A DNA stretch of 64,000 nucleotides. It comes from Raillietiella orientalis (taxonomy: Eukaryota). Every line of letters starts with the position of its first letter. The first letter of the stretch is position 1. The stretch is from assembly GCA_036172245.1 (NCBI GenBank), contig JAYWIR010000001.1, positions 8,494,001-8,558,000 on the forward strand. The letters are read 5' to 3'. The position numbers and the translations under genes were made by a program. The notes under the pieces are model-generated. The model was not told the origin of the DNA, ran no database searches, and worked only from the letters and a program-made list of their open reading frames with translations. Shown piece by piece: positions 1 to 11,649 of this stretch.

Positions 1-882
1 GTGCTCGAGCGATCCATGAAATCCTGTAGTTTCTCCTTCGTGCATTGAACATGAAAACTTTTACTTACGTACTGCACCTGATGCAGACGTCGATGGCAAC
101 GAACTTCCACTTAACAGCGGTTGCTTTTCAGCAGAACTCATTCTCTTGTATTTTTTAGGTCATTTTTTCATCTAAGGTACCACAATCAATAGGTTAGAAT
201 GAACCGTAAGTGTTTGTCTCATGCTTTACATTTGCATCCCCCAAAACCACAGTTTTCAAAGCGCTAGCACATTCAACGAATTGATCGCCAACGTTTCAGA
301 AACCCCTTCCAGTCTGTTCTGCTAGCAATAAAACTGAGCGGCTATGGACAGTTATCTGGGAGTATTCCTGGCTGGCAACAAACGAAGAAAAAGTAACAGC
401 TTGAGCAACAGGAACGTGTTAACAGCAGACAGAAATAATGACTACTACACACTACGCTTATTTCATTTTCGTGAACTGCTTTTAAGCAGTAAACATAAAC
501 ATGAAAATTAAAAAAAAAAAATTTTTGCGCTTACGCACATCCCACTCTCAGGAAACAAAACATTGCACCAAAAACAGTGAAATATTTTCTGTCGTTACCC
601 TAAGCTGTTTTAGTTTTCAAATCCTTGGTAAAACGTGGAGAAACGCTTTGCAGCAACCTTACAAAAAGTAAAGTATTCTCGTAAAATTGCAAAAGGAGCT
701 TAATGGACAAAAAGCGCGGAAGCCAAAACACAAGACCATGTATTCTGCAAATTGTCCAGTTTGCTTCGGCAGGCACTGCATTGATGCCCTCTCATTCCTT
801 TCGTAGGAAAAAAAGAAACAAAAAACGGACACTTGCCATCTTGATGTGTTCTACAAAGATAATATGAGCAAAATATCTAGTC

Positions 883-1620
883 ATGAAAGAGAAACCCGAC
901 TACCCTTCCTTCCAGAACGCTCCGGAACAAGTTAAAGAAATGGCGAAAGACTTCTGTAAAGGACATTCTGAAACCCAGCAGATAAATCATCAGGTTTGCA
1001 TCCTGGGTTTTTTTCTGGAATTTCTTTTTTTCCCCGTTTTTACCAAGCACTCCTACGCCACAATTTTCCCGAAACGGCGGAAAACCGAACAGCTGATTCC
1101 AACAATTTTCCCTCGTGTTGAGTTCCTATGGAGACACATAGGAAACAAAACTGAAGGAGCAAAACCACGTCCAAATTAGCAATAAAAGTGCCCCACGGAT
1201 ATCAACATAATGTCCGAAGCGACTCGAACAAACAAGGATGATCCAATATCTATCCGGAAAAGGGAAGGTCCCATTGATCAGAAAATCTATGAATCTCTTA
1301 AAGAATGTCAGCAAAAGCTATCTCTCAAAGACACCAGCCTCAATGCCATGAGGTAAGCTGAGACGAGAGGAACTTTCGGCTCCATAGTCAAGGAGCACCG
1401 GGAACTGCATCGAAGTAAACTCATACAATCCAGATCGCGAGATGGAAATCTTTAGATGATTTCTGATACTTGCAAGAAAATCGAAACGCTGCGCGAAACT
1501 CGCCGGTCCTTTTAGAGATGCAGTCTGCACATCCAAGGAACAAAGCGTGTAAAAAAAAAAAAAAACTCCTTTCTTTATAATTCTGATAAAGTGTGCTGTG
1601 CTGATTCCGATGTGCTGATA
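883..1620 (+). pseudogene. Probable decayed copy of the local coiled-coil family (frameshifts and in-frame stops)
   Basis: Peptide fragments in shifting frames resemble family members in the same order. TNKDDPISIRK resembles STKEDPLLLMR of copy C. IDQKIYESLKECQQKLSLKDTSLNAM resembles VGKKLTEALLRAAAKSDRMEETLRFL (B exon 4). RREELSAP*SRSTGNCIE resembles ERAEALEAVEAARGCIE (B exon 5). FRDAVCTSKEQ resembles SIRESKER (B exon 6). Interrupted by TAG, TGA and frame changes. Confidence 0.4.
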
Positions 1621-4148
1621 AAGATATAGGAACACGTCGTTCCATCAGCAATTGTAGATTAGGATCTCAGTAGGCTTATGATAAAACTGATCGAACTTTA
1701 CTTGTCAAGTGTTACAAATTCTTGAGCACGTCGGAATCGATTTTGAAATAAACATGTGAGCGAGGGCTGCGTTGTGAGTAAGAACATGCTTTTTTTTTTT
1801 CCAAACCCTTTGGTCAGGCTTAAGTGTTCAACACTCAGCCTTTATGGATAGTGTTCAAATACGTGTGCACTCCGAATGCGGATCTCCCCCTGGGGAAATA
1901 CGCGATTCCGTGCCCAATGAAAAAAAAACATTTGCTCATCTGTTGGTGTTTTAGTGCACTATCGGGATTCCATGCACCCATTAAAGAATATTTCAAATCT
2001 ACTTTCAAGGTTTCTTATAATATGACATGAATAAATTCAGGAATAAAATTAATATAAATTTCCACGAAGGAACGGTTACAAAGTTTTCAAGTAAAACCGA
2101 CTTTCGCGTAAGTGCAATAACAACAACTTTTTGTGTCTTTTTTTTTTTAAGGAACGAATTATAAAGATTGATAACCATCCGTAACTTATTAGTAAGCGAC
2201 ATATGCCATCCATGATTAGCTTTATTGGATGTACCTGGCACTGGTTTCCGGAATCATGGAAAGCTTCAAGGCTTCCCCTGGAGTCATTAAAAATCACAAT
2301 TTGAAAAAAGTTCATAGACTTCCGCGTTTATTTTGTGGCGAGAACGATGCAATCCTAACTTTACATTTCCAAGCCCTTAGAAACAGATGCCAACTATTAC
2401 TACGAATCATAAGATGTATTAACAGCTGTATGTAAAGTTGAGTAGCGATCGGATATATGGATATATAGTTACGTTCATTAATATCACCATGAGAAATGCA
2501 ATTATTTGACTGCTGCCGATTCCATTACTTCCTTGTATTTATTTTCCTGGAAGGCATATTCCAGGACTTCAAGTGTATGTGAACTTTCCCAGAGACATTC
2601 TTTGTGCACTACGTCATCCTGGAAGCAAGGGGTTCGGATTGCTTGGGAGAAAACAGCGTTGCATTCAGAAGACTTGACTGATTGGTCAGAAGACAAGTAA
2701 ATTCTTTTTCTCCGTGGAATGAACATTTTTTTGTGTTTTTCTTGACAAAAGAAGATGCACTGCAATAAGCATCATCCTTAAGCACAATGGAGAGAATGAA
2801 GACCTGAAGTAGCATGGTTACTGCGCTGACGGTGGAGGAGAGAAGCGTTGGTATGAGCCGGAAGTAGTTCGATCCCAGTAACATTCGCAAATCGAGTGAG
2901 ATGGTCTCTAAATCAGCAGCGCACGTATGTGGAAAGCCAGGGGAAGACGTGGTCAGGTGCAACGGGAACTCTGCAGGTTTCCTAGTTGCTCCTAGACTGT
3001 GGTTAGATTGCACGGGTGAGTCTTCAAGGGGCCCCTGAAAGTAAGGGCAACAGATGGATTGTGTAACGGACGAGTTCAGAGAGAGCAAACATGAATATGA
3101 AAACACATATACGCATGTGTCCTTTTGGAGAACGGGATCCAGTACCCGCAGCGCGGAGCAGTAACTACAACGGCACAGCTCTATCCTTGGAAGGTGGACA
3201 GATGCATTCCAATGCCAAGCTTCAGTTGCCCGACACTTTTGGCATTGAAGGCTACTCAGTTGTTGCCCATTCCTTGAAGGTGTGTTGGACTCAGAGCCCT
3301 GATCACCCGGGGAACAAGCGCCAAGTTTCCTCCTCGACGGCGATAGAAGACCACGTGCTCCCTCGGATTCACGGGGCCCGGCGGACTTTGTCCCCAGAGC
3401 CTGTCCACGAGCAAGGTGCTGCACGAGACGACTGCTCTCCAATCTTCGCGCTTCGGCAGCTCCGCGTCTCGACCTCGATGCTCGCATTCGACCCGGTGGG
3501 TTTCCAGCACTCGTTTCGCAGCCAGTGGGGAAGGATGCGTTCCGGCGAGTTTTCGCAGTGTCCCGGGGGCAGCTCGGAGAAATGGGAGAGTCTTAGGATC
3601 CAGATGGAAGTGCCGCCCTTTTCCGCGCCCTCTCTGGGGCGAAACTCTGCGGACCCTGGGCAGGAGGTCGCAGCTCACAGGCCCACCGGCGGCATCGGCG
3701 ATAGCAAGCAGGGCCGGCATGCGGGAAAAGTCTGGCATCCGGAACGGCTTTTCCGGGAAGCAGAGGCCGCGACGCGCAGCTGGGAGCCCCAGCGCCTCCC
3801 AGAGTCAGCAGCGGACGCATCTGGGAGCGGAGGCGGAACTCTGGGATAGATGGGCGTTTCCACGATGGGCGACTGAAGAATTCCTCCTTCGCCCCAGACC
3901 TTGTCCACTACTTCCTGCGCGCCCGAATCGGGAGGTCCCGGACTCCGCGAGATCCACGGCCCACGGCAGAGGAAGGGCTCTCAAGTTTCGGACCCGAGGT
4001 CCCTTGAGAGGGCGCAGCCTTACCAGTTCTCTTGCGATTCACGGGCATGCCGTAGGTGCTGCAACCCATGCCCGGAGCAATGTGCGAACGACCCTTCCCT
4101 TTCCCTTTCCTGAAGCTTCCTGATAATTGCTTTTTCCTTCCGTTCTGT

Positions 4149-4174
4149 GCGTGACGTCACGCGAAACGTCACGT
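4149..4174. promoter_or_regulatory. CRE/ATF-type palindrome GCGTGACGTCACGC plus an adjacent ACGTCA half-site
   Basis: Perfect 14-bp palindrome at 4149-4162 containing TGACGTCA, followed by ACGTCACGT. It lies about 780 nt upstream of the predicted ATG of gene B. Function not shown. Confidence 0.35.
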
Positions 4175-4722
4175 ATTTTTTCCTCTTCCTCTCCGCCTGC
4201 CACGGCGCCGGCTGGAGGCGCCGCATCGAATGAGGCAACTGGCATCTACGGAGGCAACCTGGCACTGGTGGGCCTGTGGGGACCTCACCGCACAGAGGGC
4301 GCGTGCGCCACACACGGAAACCGAGGTGCAACCACGGAGAGGACTTGCCGATTCCCGAATTTCCTATGAGAGCCGACCTGTGGTGATGGTGACAGGTGTG
4401 GCGGCGCTAGTCATGTGTGCCGTGTACGTCGCTCCTGCAGCTCGGCCGTATTCCGGGAAGCGACGATGCGCCTGCGAACGATTTCCCCTGTCTCTCTCCC
4501 TCCCCCTTTCCTTTTTTCCCTCCGGTGCCCTCGACGGAACGATGGCAGGCAGACGATGGCTGCTTCTTCCTGAACCCCCTTTCTCCCACGCGAGCCTTCT
4601 TTTCCCAAGGCTGCATCCGATCAGTCGCGGAGGGGAAGGGTGCGCGAACGAAAAAAGACAGAACGCCGACCCTATTTGATCTCTGCTGGGGCTCTTTCCT
4701 GGCCTGGGGCGGAGGATGCAAT

Positions 4723-4743
4723 CACCACCACCACCACCACCAC
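4723..4743 (+). repeat. (CAC)7 microsatellite
   Basis: caccaccaccaccaccaccac read directly. Confidence 0.9.
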
Positions 4744-4939
4744 GCTGTTCCACCCCCCAGCCTCTCTGATTCTCCCGCATCGCCGCCACCTGTCCGACCG
4801 CTTTGTCTCGACGTGGCCCACCATGAAAACCTCCAGCGCGCGCGGGTCGCAGGAGTCAACAAAGGAGGAGAGGGAGAGAGAGAGGAGGAGGGAGGGGGGG
4901 AACCGTGGCGGCAGGGAGGGCGGATGAGGGGCAACAACA

Positions 4940-7932
4940 ATGCGAGGAGGAGACGGTGGAGCGACTCATCCGCCGACGGCGAGACGGCTTGTGTTTCCCG
5001 TTCTTTGCGTGTGGCACAGGTGAGCCATCAGCCATACAGGGGCGAATGCTGGGTCAAGTGCGTTCCGCGAGCGAACGAGAGGGTGTGGGCTTGAAAGTCT
5101 CGCGGGACCGCAAGAGGGCTGTCGAAAGGGAATGGGAAGAGGAAGAAAGGGGGATGGGAGGGTGGGGGGGGGGGAACGCGGAGTCCGAAACGCTCTTGCT
5201 GACTCCTCTCTCTGCTCCCCCAGGAGAAAGTGCCTTCTGGGCAAGTTAAAGGAGTACACGTGCCGTGTAGAGATGGCCATAAAGCTAGAGGAGCTGAGGG
5301 CGGAGCGGTGCGACATCTCGGTAAGGCGCGCGAAACGAGGGAACGAACGGCAGCAGAGGCAGCCAATAGGTGGCTTTGGCGACGCGTTCGCCGTCACCGG
5401 GAGAGGGAGCGTTGCTACCCGGGTACGCCCAGGGCGGGGCAAGGGGGCGAGGGGACGGATAAGGAAGGAGCTGACCTTGTCCATCGCCTCCCCGCCCTTC
5501 GGAAAAGGGTAGGAAAGGGGAGGGCGCCGTCTACTGCTGTCTCTGCTTCTGCTGACGGCGCTCCCCGCTGCTCTCTGCAGTGCAAGATGAAGAACCTGAA
5601 GCGTCAGATGCGGGAGGAGCTGGAGTTCATGTACGGAGCGAAGAAGATGCTGCAGGAGTGCGCGTGCGGCAGCAGGAGGGTGGGCGCTTGCCTCAAGACC
5701 AAGGTACCGGCGGTAAAGGGGGCCCTTGGAGCTGGCTGGGGAGGAGGTCCCGGACTGCCAAGCAGGACCGCTTCGGGATGTTGGAGCTGTTGCGGGAGCT
5801 GCGGTCCGAGAACTGCCTGGACGTCGGCAAGAAGCTGACGGAGGCGCTGCTGCGAGCAGCCGCCAAGAGCGATAGGATGGAGGAGACCTTGCGGTTCCTA
5901 GGAGGCGCGGTGAGTCCCGCGGGTTCCCGATCCCTCCCGACTTCCGGAGGATCCCGGTCAAGGCGAGGGGAGGGGGAGCGGAGGGGAGACGCTTCTCCGA
6001 AGTCGAGCAGGGAGACGCCGGGTCGGCATCTGCGGAAGAGGAGGAGGGTCGGTGAAGGAAGGGAGGGTCCTTATCCTGGGGTCCTGAGCATTTATCCTCC
6101 GCAGTTCAGCAAGTCCGTCGGCGAGCAGAACCAGAAAGAGAGGGCGGAGGCCCTGGAAGCCGTGGAGGCAGCCCGCGGCTGCATTGAGGAGGAGTTGGAG
6201 TCCAGGGCCATCCTTTTGAAGCAGGTATCTGGATGCGGACCGCCAAGCGCGCCATCTGCCTTGCCATCAGGGAATTCGGGACTGTGGGAACACCCGACCG
6301 TATCGCCGGTAGGATTCTTTGTTGGAGAAGGTGTCGCTGTTTTTGTTGTGCTGGTGGTCAGTAGTTTCAGTGGTTTTGCTGCGGTGGTGGCCAGCTCATG
6401 TCACCATTGTTGTTGTGCTGGTGGTGGTCAGTCTCGTAGTGTTTGCGGTGCTGGGCTCCTCCTCCATCCAGACGGGAGGAGTTGCCTCTAGTGGGTAGCG
6501 CCCTTGTGTCACTCAGCTGCGGTCGGCAACAGCGCCCAAGGGCTGCCTTCTCATGTCAGGCGCCTGTCCCTGAAAAAGTTGAAAGGAAGGGGAGCGATGA
6601 GATGTTGCAACCCAACCCCACACCAGCGTCCCCTCTGCAGGGCGGGGGAGGGGAGTTCCCGTTCGGAGCAGTCTGCAGGGAACGTTACTGCTGTCCATCC
6701 CACCGCTGCGCTTGCGGGCGCTCCCAGTGACGCAGCGAATGGTGCGCGCAAGCGGAGTCGAGACGGCCGTTGCAGCATTTGCCGGCGGAATTCCGGGTCG
6801 GAGCCTGGATCCAGGGAGTGCGAGGCAGGAGGCGACGGAGAGTGGCAGGAACCCCCTCGGGGTGGACCAGGCTCGAATCCCTCTCCTGGAGATTCGGCGG
6901 CAGAGTCGCCATGCGCTCTCCGCTCTCCCGCATCCTGAGCCGCGGGCGCGAGGACTCCAGCCGTCTTGTTCCTTTCCCTCTCTTCCCGGTTCTCCAGATG
7001 AAGCAGGTCCTGGATTTTTTCCTGAGCGAAGCCTTCGAGGACATCCTCATCTGCCTGAGGCTGGTCGCCATGGAGCTGCAGCTGGAGGTTCCCGACTGCA
7101 ACTTCATCTGCAGCTTCGAGCACGTCCTGGGGGAGAGCATCCGCGAAAGCAAGGAGAGGTATGCTCCCTCCGCTTCTCTCTGGGAGCAGGGGAGGGGTCT
7201 CGGATCTTCCAGAGCGCGTGCGCAAGAGCGGGAACCCTTCCAGCTCCCCGTTGGGCTGTGGGAGGATGCGCATGCTGAGGGCGGATCAGGAAAGTTCCCC
7301 GCTGTCTCTCGGGAAGCGGGGGGTGGGGATGCTGGCAACGGGCTTCTCTGAGATGCGCCCGTCGCCGCAGCAGCGACCTCGGAGGACAACCTGGACCTTC
7401 GCGGCGCGGCGAGCAGTGACGCCCCAGGCGTCGAGTGCTCAGATCTTCGTGACGAAGCTCGGCCACATGGGTCGACCGTGTCGCGACCGCACTGCCTCGT
7501 TGGAGTGGCCATGCGCTTCGATTCCACACCGCCCTGTCGCGTTTCCCACGCGCCCTGCCTGCATGCTTCCATCCACGGATTTCGCGCCGCAGTGTTACGG
7601 GGCGTGCGGGTGGTTTCCCTGAAAACGAAGAAAGCACCTGCTGCTGTTCCAGGATCGCCAGCTGCATAGTCAAGCACGTCGCTGCGGTCGTTAGCTGCTT
7701 CCAGGAAATAGAGGCCACGTTCAACGAGGAAGCGCGCAAGCTGGTCAGCAGCTGCTCGAGCAGTTTGGTCATCTCCGCTGAAATACCGAATATGAAGAAC
7801 CACATCATCGGCAGCTCCATCAGTAGTTTGCTGGCCGATAACGACAACTTTTACGACATCCTGCTGAACCTGGAAACCTGCCTCTTCGACTCGAAATCTG
7901 TCGAACCTGATGGCGAGCCGATTTCCGATTAA
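4940..7932 (+). CDS. Uncharacterised Cys-containing coiled-coil protein, family copy B (7 exons, about 334 aa)
   Basis: Exons 4940-5019 (tentative), 5224-5320, 5581-5703, 5766-5909, 6105-6224, 6998-7158, 7653-7932 (TAA). All introns GT-AG, phases 2,0,0,0,0,2, with an open frame throughout and mostly G/C-ending codons. Helical E/K/L-rich peptides include CKMKNLKRQMREELEF and VPDCNFICSFEHVLGESIRESKER. Confidence 0.8.
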
Positions 7933-8177
7933 TGCAGAACGAAGCAAGGAAGGGGGAGGGGAAGAAAAAAAAAAAGTTCCCCCCCCAATCTGTGTACTAC
8001 TTTCATCCGCGGCCGCAGACCTCCCACTGTTTCGTCACCATTGTTGCCAGCCGACTAGGCTAGTAATTCGTTCGCCGGAAACATGGCACCCCACCCTCCC
8101 TCAAATTTCAAGTAGTTTTTTTTTTTTGTTGGTTTGTGTGTGTTTCTTCACTCAAGAGTGCTTCAGATACTGCAGCA

Positions 8178-8819
8178 ATGACCCTCAAATTAGGCAGCAA
8201 TACTTGTAGTAGGCTTACCTTGTGTTCAAGTCATACCGGTGGGAGAGCCGAGAGGCATTACGATGCAAGCGAAATTCTTGCCTTCGACAGAAAGCGGACA
8301 AACTCTGCTTTACTGGAAATCACCGAAGAGTACCCTTTTTCGTGTAACAAGCGCACGGCCAAGCTGAGATCGACGAAAGAAGATCCCCTGCTGCTAATGA
8401 GGGAGCTCGATAAGAACGCCAGGAAGAAACAGTCCGGGACTGGCCCCTGGGCGCGCCCGCGCAACTTTTGCTCCCCTCTGGGTGACGAGATCGTCGGCGT
8501 GCAAAGCATGCGGCTTATGAAAGGAACCACCAAATCGACTGATCGTCGTCAATTGTCTTCCGAATATTACGAGGAGAAACCCACTGGAGGACTATATGGT
8601 GTTTTGTGCATCAAGCCGTGGGAGGCCTTCAAAAAGCGCATGGATTCCTGCAATTTTTTCCCCTGGTTTGATGACGAACCCTTGACAGCTACACAAGAAG
8701 CCAAAACCAGGCATCATCGCATTCCTGGAAGAATAGAAAGAAAGCTTTTAGAATTAGAGACGAAGATCCCCTGTCTGGAAGCCGAAGAAAAAGCGAAGGT
8801 GATGAAGGAAACGCAGTGA
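8178..8819 (+). CDS. Intronless copy (C) of the coiled-coil family, 213 aa from the first ATG; candidate retrocopy
   Basis: A single open frame carries, in order, RAERHYDAS (B exon 2 RAERCDIS), KEDPLLLMREL (B exon 4 KDRFGMLELLREL), MDSCNFFPWFDDEPLTATQEAKTR (B exon 6 VPDCNFICSFEHVLGESIRESKER) and KLLELETKIPCL (A exon 7 KVKKIEMQIPCL), with no introns between them. Ends in TGA. Confidence 0.65.
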   Translation: MTLKLGSNTCSRLTLCSSHTGGRAERHYDASEILAFDRKRTNSALLEITEEYPFSCNKRTAKLRSTKEDPLLLMRELDKNARKKQSGTGPWARPRNFCSPLGDEIVGVQSMRLMKGTTKSTDRRQLSSEYYEEKPTGGLYGVLCIKPWEAFKKRMDSCNFFPWFDDEPLTATQEAKTRHHRIPGRIERKLLELETKIPCLEAEEKAKVMKETQ

Positions 8820-9574
8820 TTATGTATCTTGGTTTCTGTTTCTTTGTGTTTCGTACTCAGATTTCATTCTTCCGTAAGTTCTTAGATGTTAAGTGATTCC
8901 AGTGTTAAATATTGTTAGGCGGCCTTAGGTGTACAATGAGTAAGCTTAAAACATTAATGAATCGAAACAGGACATGCGTATGTATACGTACTTATGATGT
9001 GACGTGCACACACAGTGTGATATCGTATTATACATATGCCTATGTACAGTGTACGCACGATGGGCAGATATATAGGGAGGATTTCTGCATACATACATCC
9101 ATGCGTATGTAGAAGAGTTTTTAACATTCGTGCTTGGCTTAGCACATCAACATGTGGAGACTCGATTGTCTCGATTCACTTGCTCCTTACGCGTCCAGCA
9201 TCTCCAATGCATGATTGCTTCTTGTCCTCCATGCACACGTGTTCGCATTCTCACATAGGTCAGTGCGCACAGTTTTTGATGCCTGCGCACACAGGGGAGG
9301 GGGAGAGTATGGGTTTTAACATCGGTCTTGGTAGCCCCGAGCATGGCAAAAGCGAACGGACAGCAAAGATGTTCCGGATCTCCACGCACCTCGGCTAAGA
9401 TCGAATGTTGACTGTTTGTCGGAGGATGGAGCACGGTCTTTGTACACTTGAGACAGGCTTCCTGTATCATTCGATTGTTCATAATTTGCATACAAATGTT
9501 AGGGATCTCTTCCTCGTTTACAACATTTCCCTTCCGTTCGGATTCGCTTCTCTTCGAATGGAGGAAGGCTGGCG

Positions 9575-11649
9575 ATGGCGTCCATCAGGAATGACCTTTT
9601 TCGAGTGATGCCTGCGCGTGCTGCTCTCTATTCCAGCTGAAGAGCTATCCAGATTTGAAAACCTCCCTCCCTTCCTTTCTCTCTTTTTCTCTCTCCCTTC
9701 AGGCCATCAGAATTATAGACATTCTGGAAGACGTGGTTATCGACCATCGCTACGATACTGAACTCATCGAAAGACACGTCGAGACCGAGTACAGCCAGCT
9801 CTCCGACGAGGACATTGCGGTGCTGCTGCGATTTCTACTGGATGCGAAATACGACAGGGGAATGAGCGACGCCGAGCAGCCTCTCTATTCCAAAATCATC
9901 CGGGAAATGGTCGTGCTGCAACTGATCAACAATAGGGAGCAGGACCCGGTCAAGCAAGAGGCCCTGAACACGAGGCTGTCGAAGCTGAGCCGCCTGGAGA
10001 AGGAGAACCTGGAAATCCTGTTGCTGAAGGAGACCGGCATCAGGGACGAACTGCTGGATGAGATTCAGCAGGTGTCCAAGGAGAATGATGTGCTGCTGAG
10101 GAAGACTGTGGAGGAAAGGATGCAGAACGGTCAGCTCATTATCAATATACACGACAAGATGAAGAATTATAACCTGGACTGCCTCCCGGTAAGGGTTCCT
10201 GCGCACCTGCCGCGCTCCATGCCCTTTTGTGACGGCAGAGTCGGGGAGTCGTCATCGCCCTCTGACTTCCCCTATCTCCGTCTCCCAACCTCCCACCGTA
10301 CCCCCTCTCTTTCGGTTGCGTCCCCAGGGAGACAATGATGTTCAAGAGGAGTGCCGCAAGGCTGTCGACAGGGAGTCGCTGTTCCACGAAGCCTGCATGA
10401 AGCTGGAAGACATGGAGAAGGACTGGAACGAGTTTCGCATGTCCATCCAGGTATGCGGGCATTCCTGTGCTTGTCGAACGGTGGGATTTGTGTGAGCGAA
10501 GGAGGGGAAAAAGAGAAAGGCTGCGATAGGGGGAAGGAGAGAGGAAAGTGTCTTCGGTTTCGGCTTCCGGCTTTCCGGAATGGCAGAGACAGCCAGCTGG
10601 CGTTGGTGCCCCTGTTTACCGTTGCTTGGGAACTGCACACCAGTGTCTTTCCTCCCAGAAGCAGGAGGAAGCGACGAGAATTTCTGACCTTGATTCAAAG
10701 TCAAAGATGAGGGCAGGGAAGATGACTGGACTCTGTTCAGTATTGTTTGCCCTCGTCTCAGGCAAAGAAGGGCAGCGAGTAGCAGCAGCAGCAGGATCAG
10801 AAACCTCACGAACCTCAAGCGGTGCGTCCTGATGGTGATGCTGCACAGATGCTTGAGACGAGGCGCAGATCGGGAAGATCGTGTGGGTGGGCGAAGGCGG
10901 TTGTCTCCCTCCCCTTCAAGTTTCTCCCTTTTTCGGCCAGTGCGTGGCGCATGGGCTGGCCACCTACTGGAGGCCGCAGACAGGTTTCCTATGGCAACTT
11001 TCTGGAACGGTCGTCGAGTACCTGGGATGCATAGCTTCTGAAGGAGACCACACCCTTCAGCGTTTCATCCGCTCCCACGAAGAAGGGAAAAGTAGCCTTA
11101 CGCACCCTGCGGAGCGAAGAGCGTGAGTACCCTTCTCCTGCTCCTTCACACGCTTCATACGAGTGCCGTCCCCGCAGCATGCGCAACGAGCTCGGTGGGC
11201 TGCTGAACGACTTTTACGATCGGATCGAGGTCACCCGCCACTGGGCCAGCCAGGACCACGGAGACTACCAGCCACTGCTTCGAGACCCAGTCTTGAGGGA
11301 CACGCCATTACAGGCGTGCTGCGATGCAGCCAGGGGCGCCAGCCGGGTCATGGTGGTGAATCCGGATGACTGGAGCAGCAGCAGCAGTTTCGGCAGCGAA
11401 GGAGCCGGCGGCTACCTGGGAGACGAGCTGGCAAGTTCACCCAAGCCCAGGGAAGGGGTAGATGAGAGCAAGGGATTCCCTCAGGATGCCTGCTCCAGGA
11501 AGCTCTTAAAGGCGATGCCCACGTCCTGCAGCACTGCAAACGCTAGAAACAGCAGCTGTAGTAGGCAGAAAGGGAAGAGGCGAGGGAAGAAGAAGGAGGA
11601 GAAGGAAGAAGGCAGAAAAGAGGAACTCTGCTACAGCCGCCGGCTGTAG
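9575..11649 (+). CDS. Uncharacterised coiled-coil protein, family copy D (about 430 aa, 5 exons; first exon tentative)
   Basis: Exons 9575-9604 (tentative MASIRNDLFR), 9703-10188, 10328-10450, 10941-11122, 11178-11649 (TAG). Introns are GT-AG with phases 0,0,0,2 and join in frame. Strong heptad character (RLSKLSRLEKENLEILLLKETGIRDELLDEIQQVSKENDVLL). The last three exons parallel exons 5-7 of A and B. Confidence 0.75.

Noticed and set aside
3091-4113. 252-aa plus ORF continuing in frame past two stops
   Set aside because: No domain, no clear splice structure, and overlapping long ORFs in other frames, as expected in GC-rich DNA.
6685-7947. 420-aa minus-strand ORF, the longest in the track
   Set aside because: Antisense shadow of gene B exons 6-7, whose G/C-ending codons suppress stops on the opposite strand.
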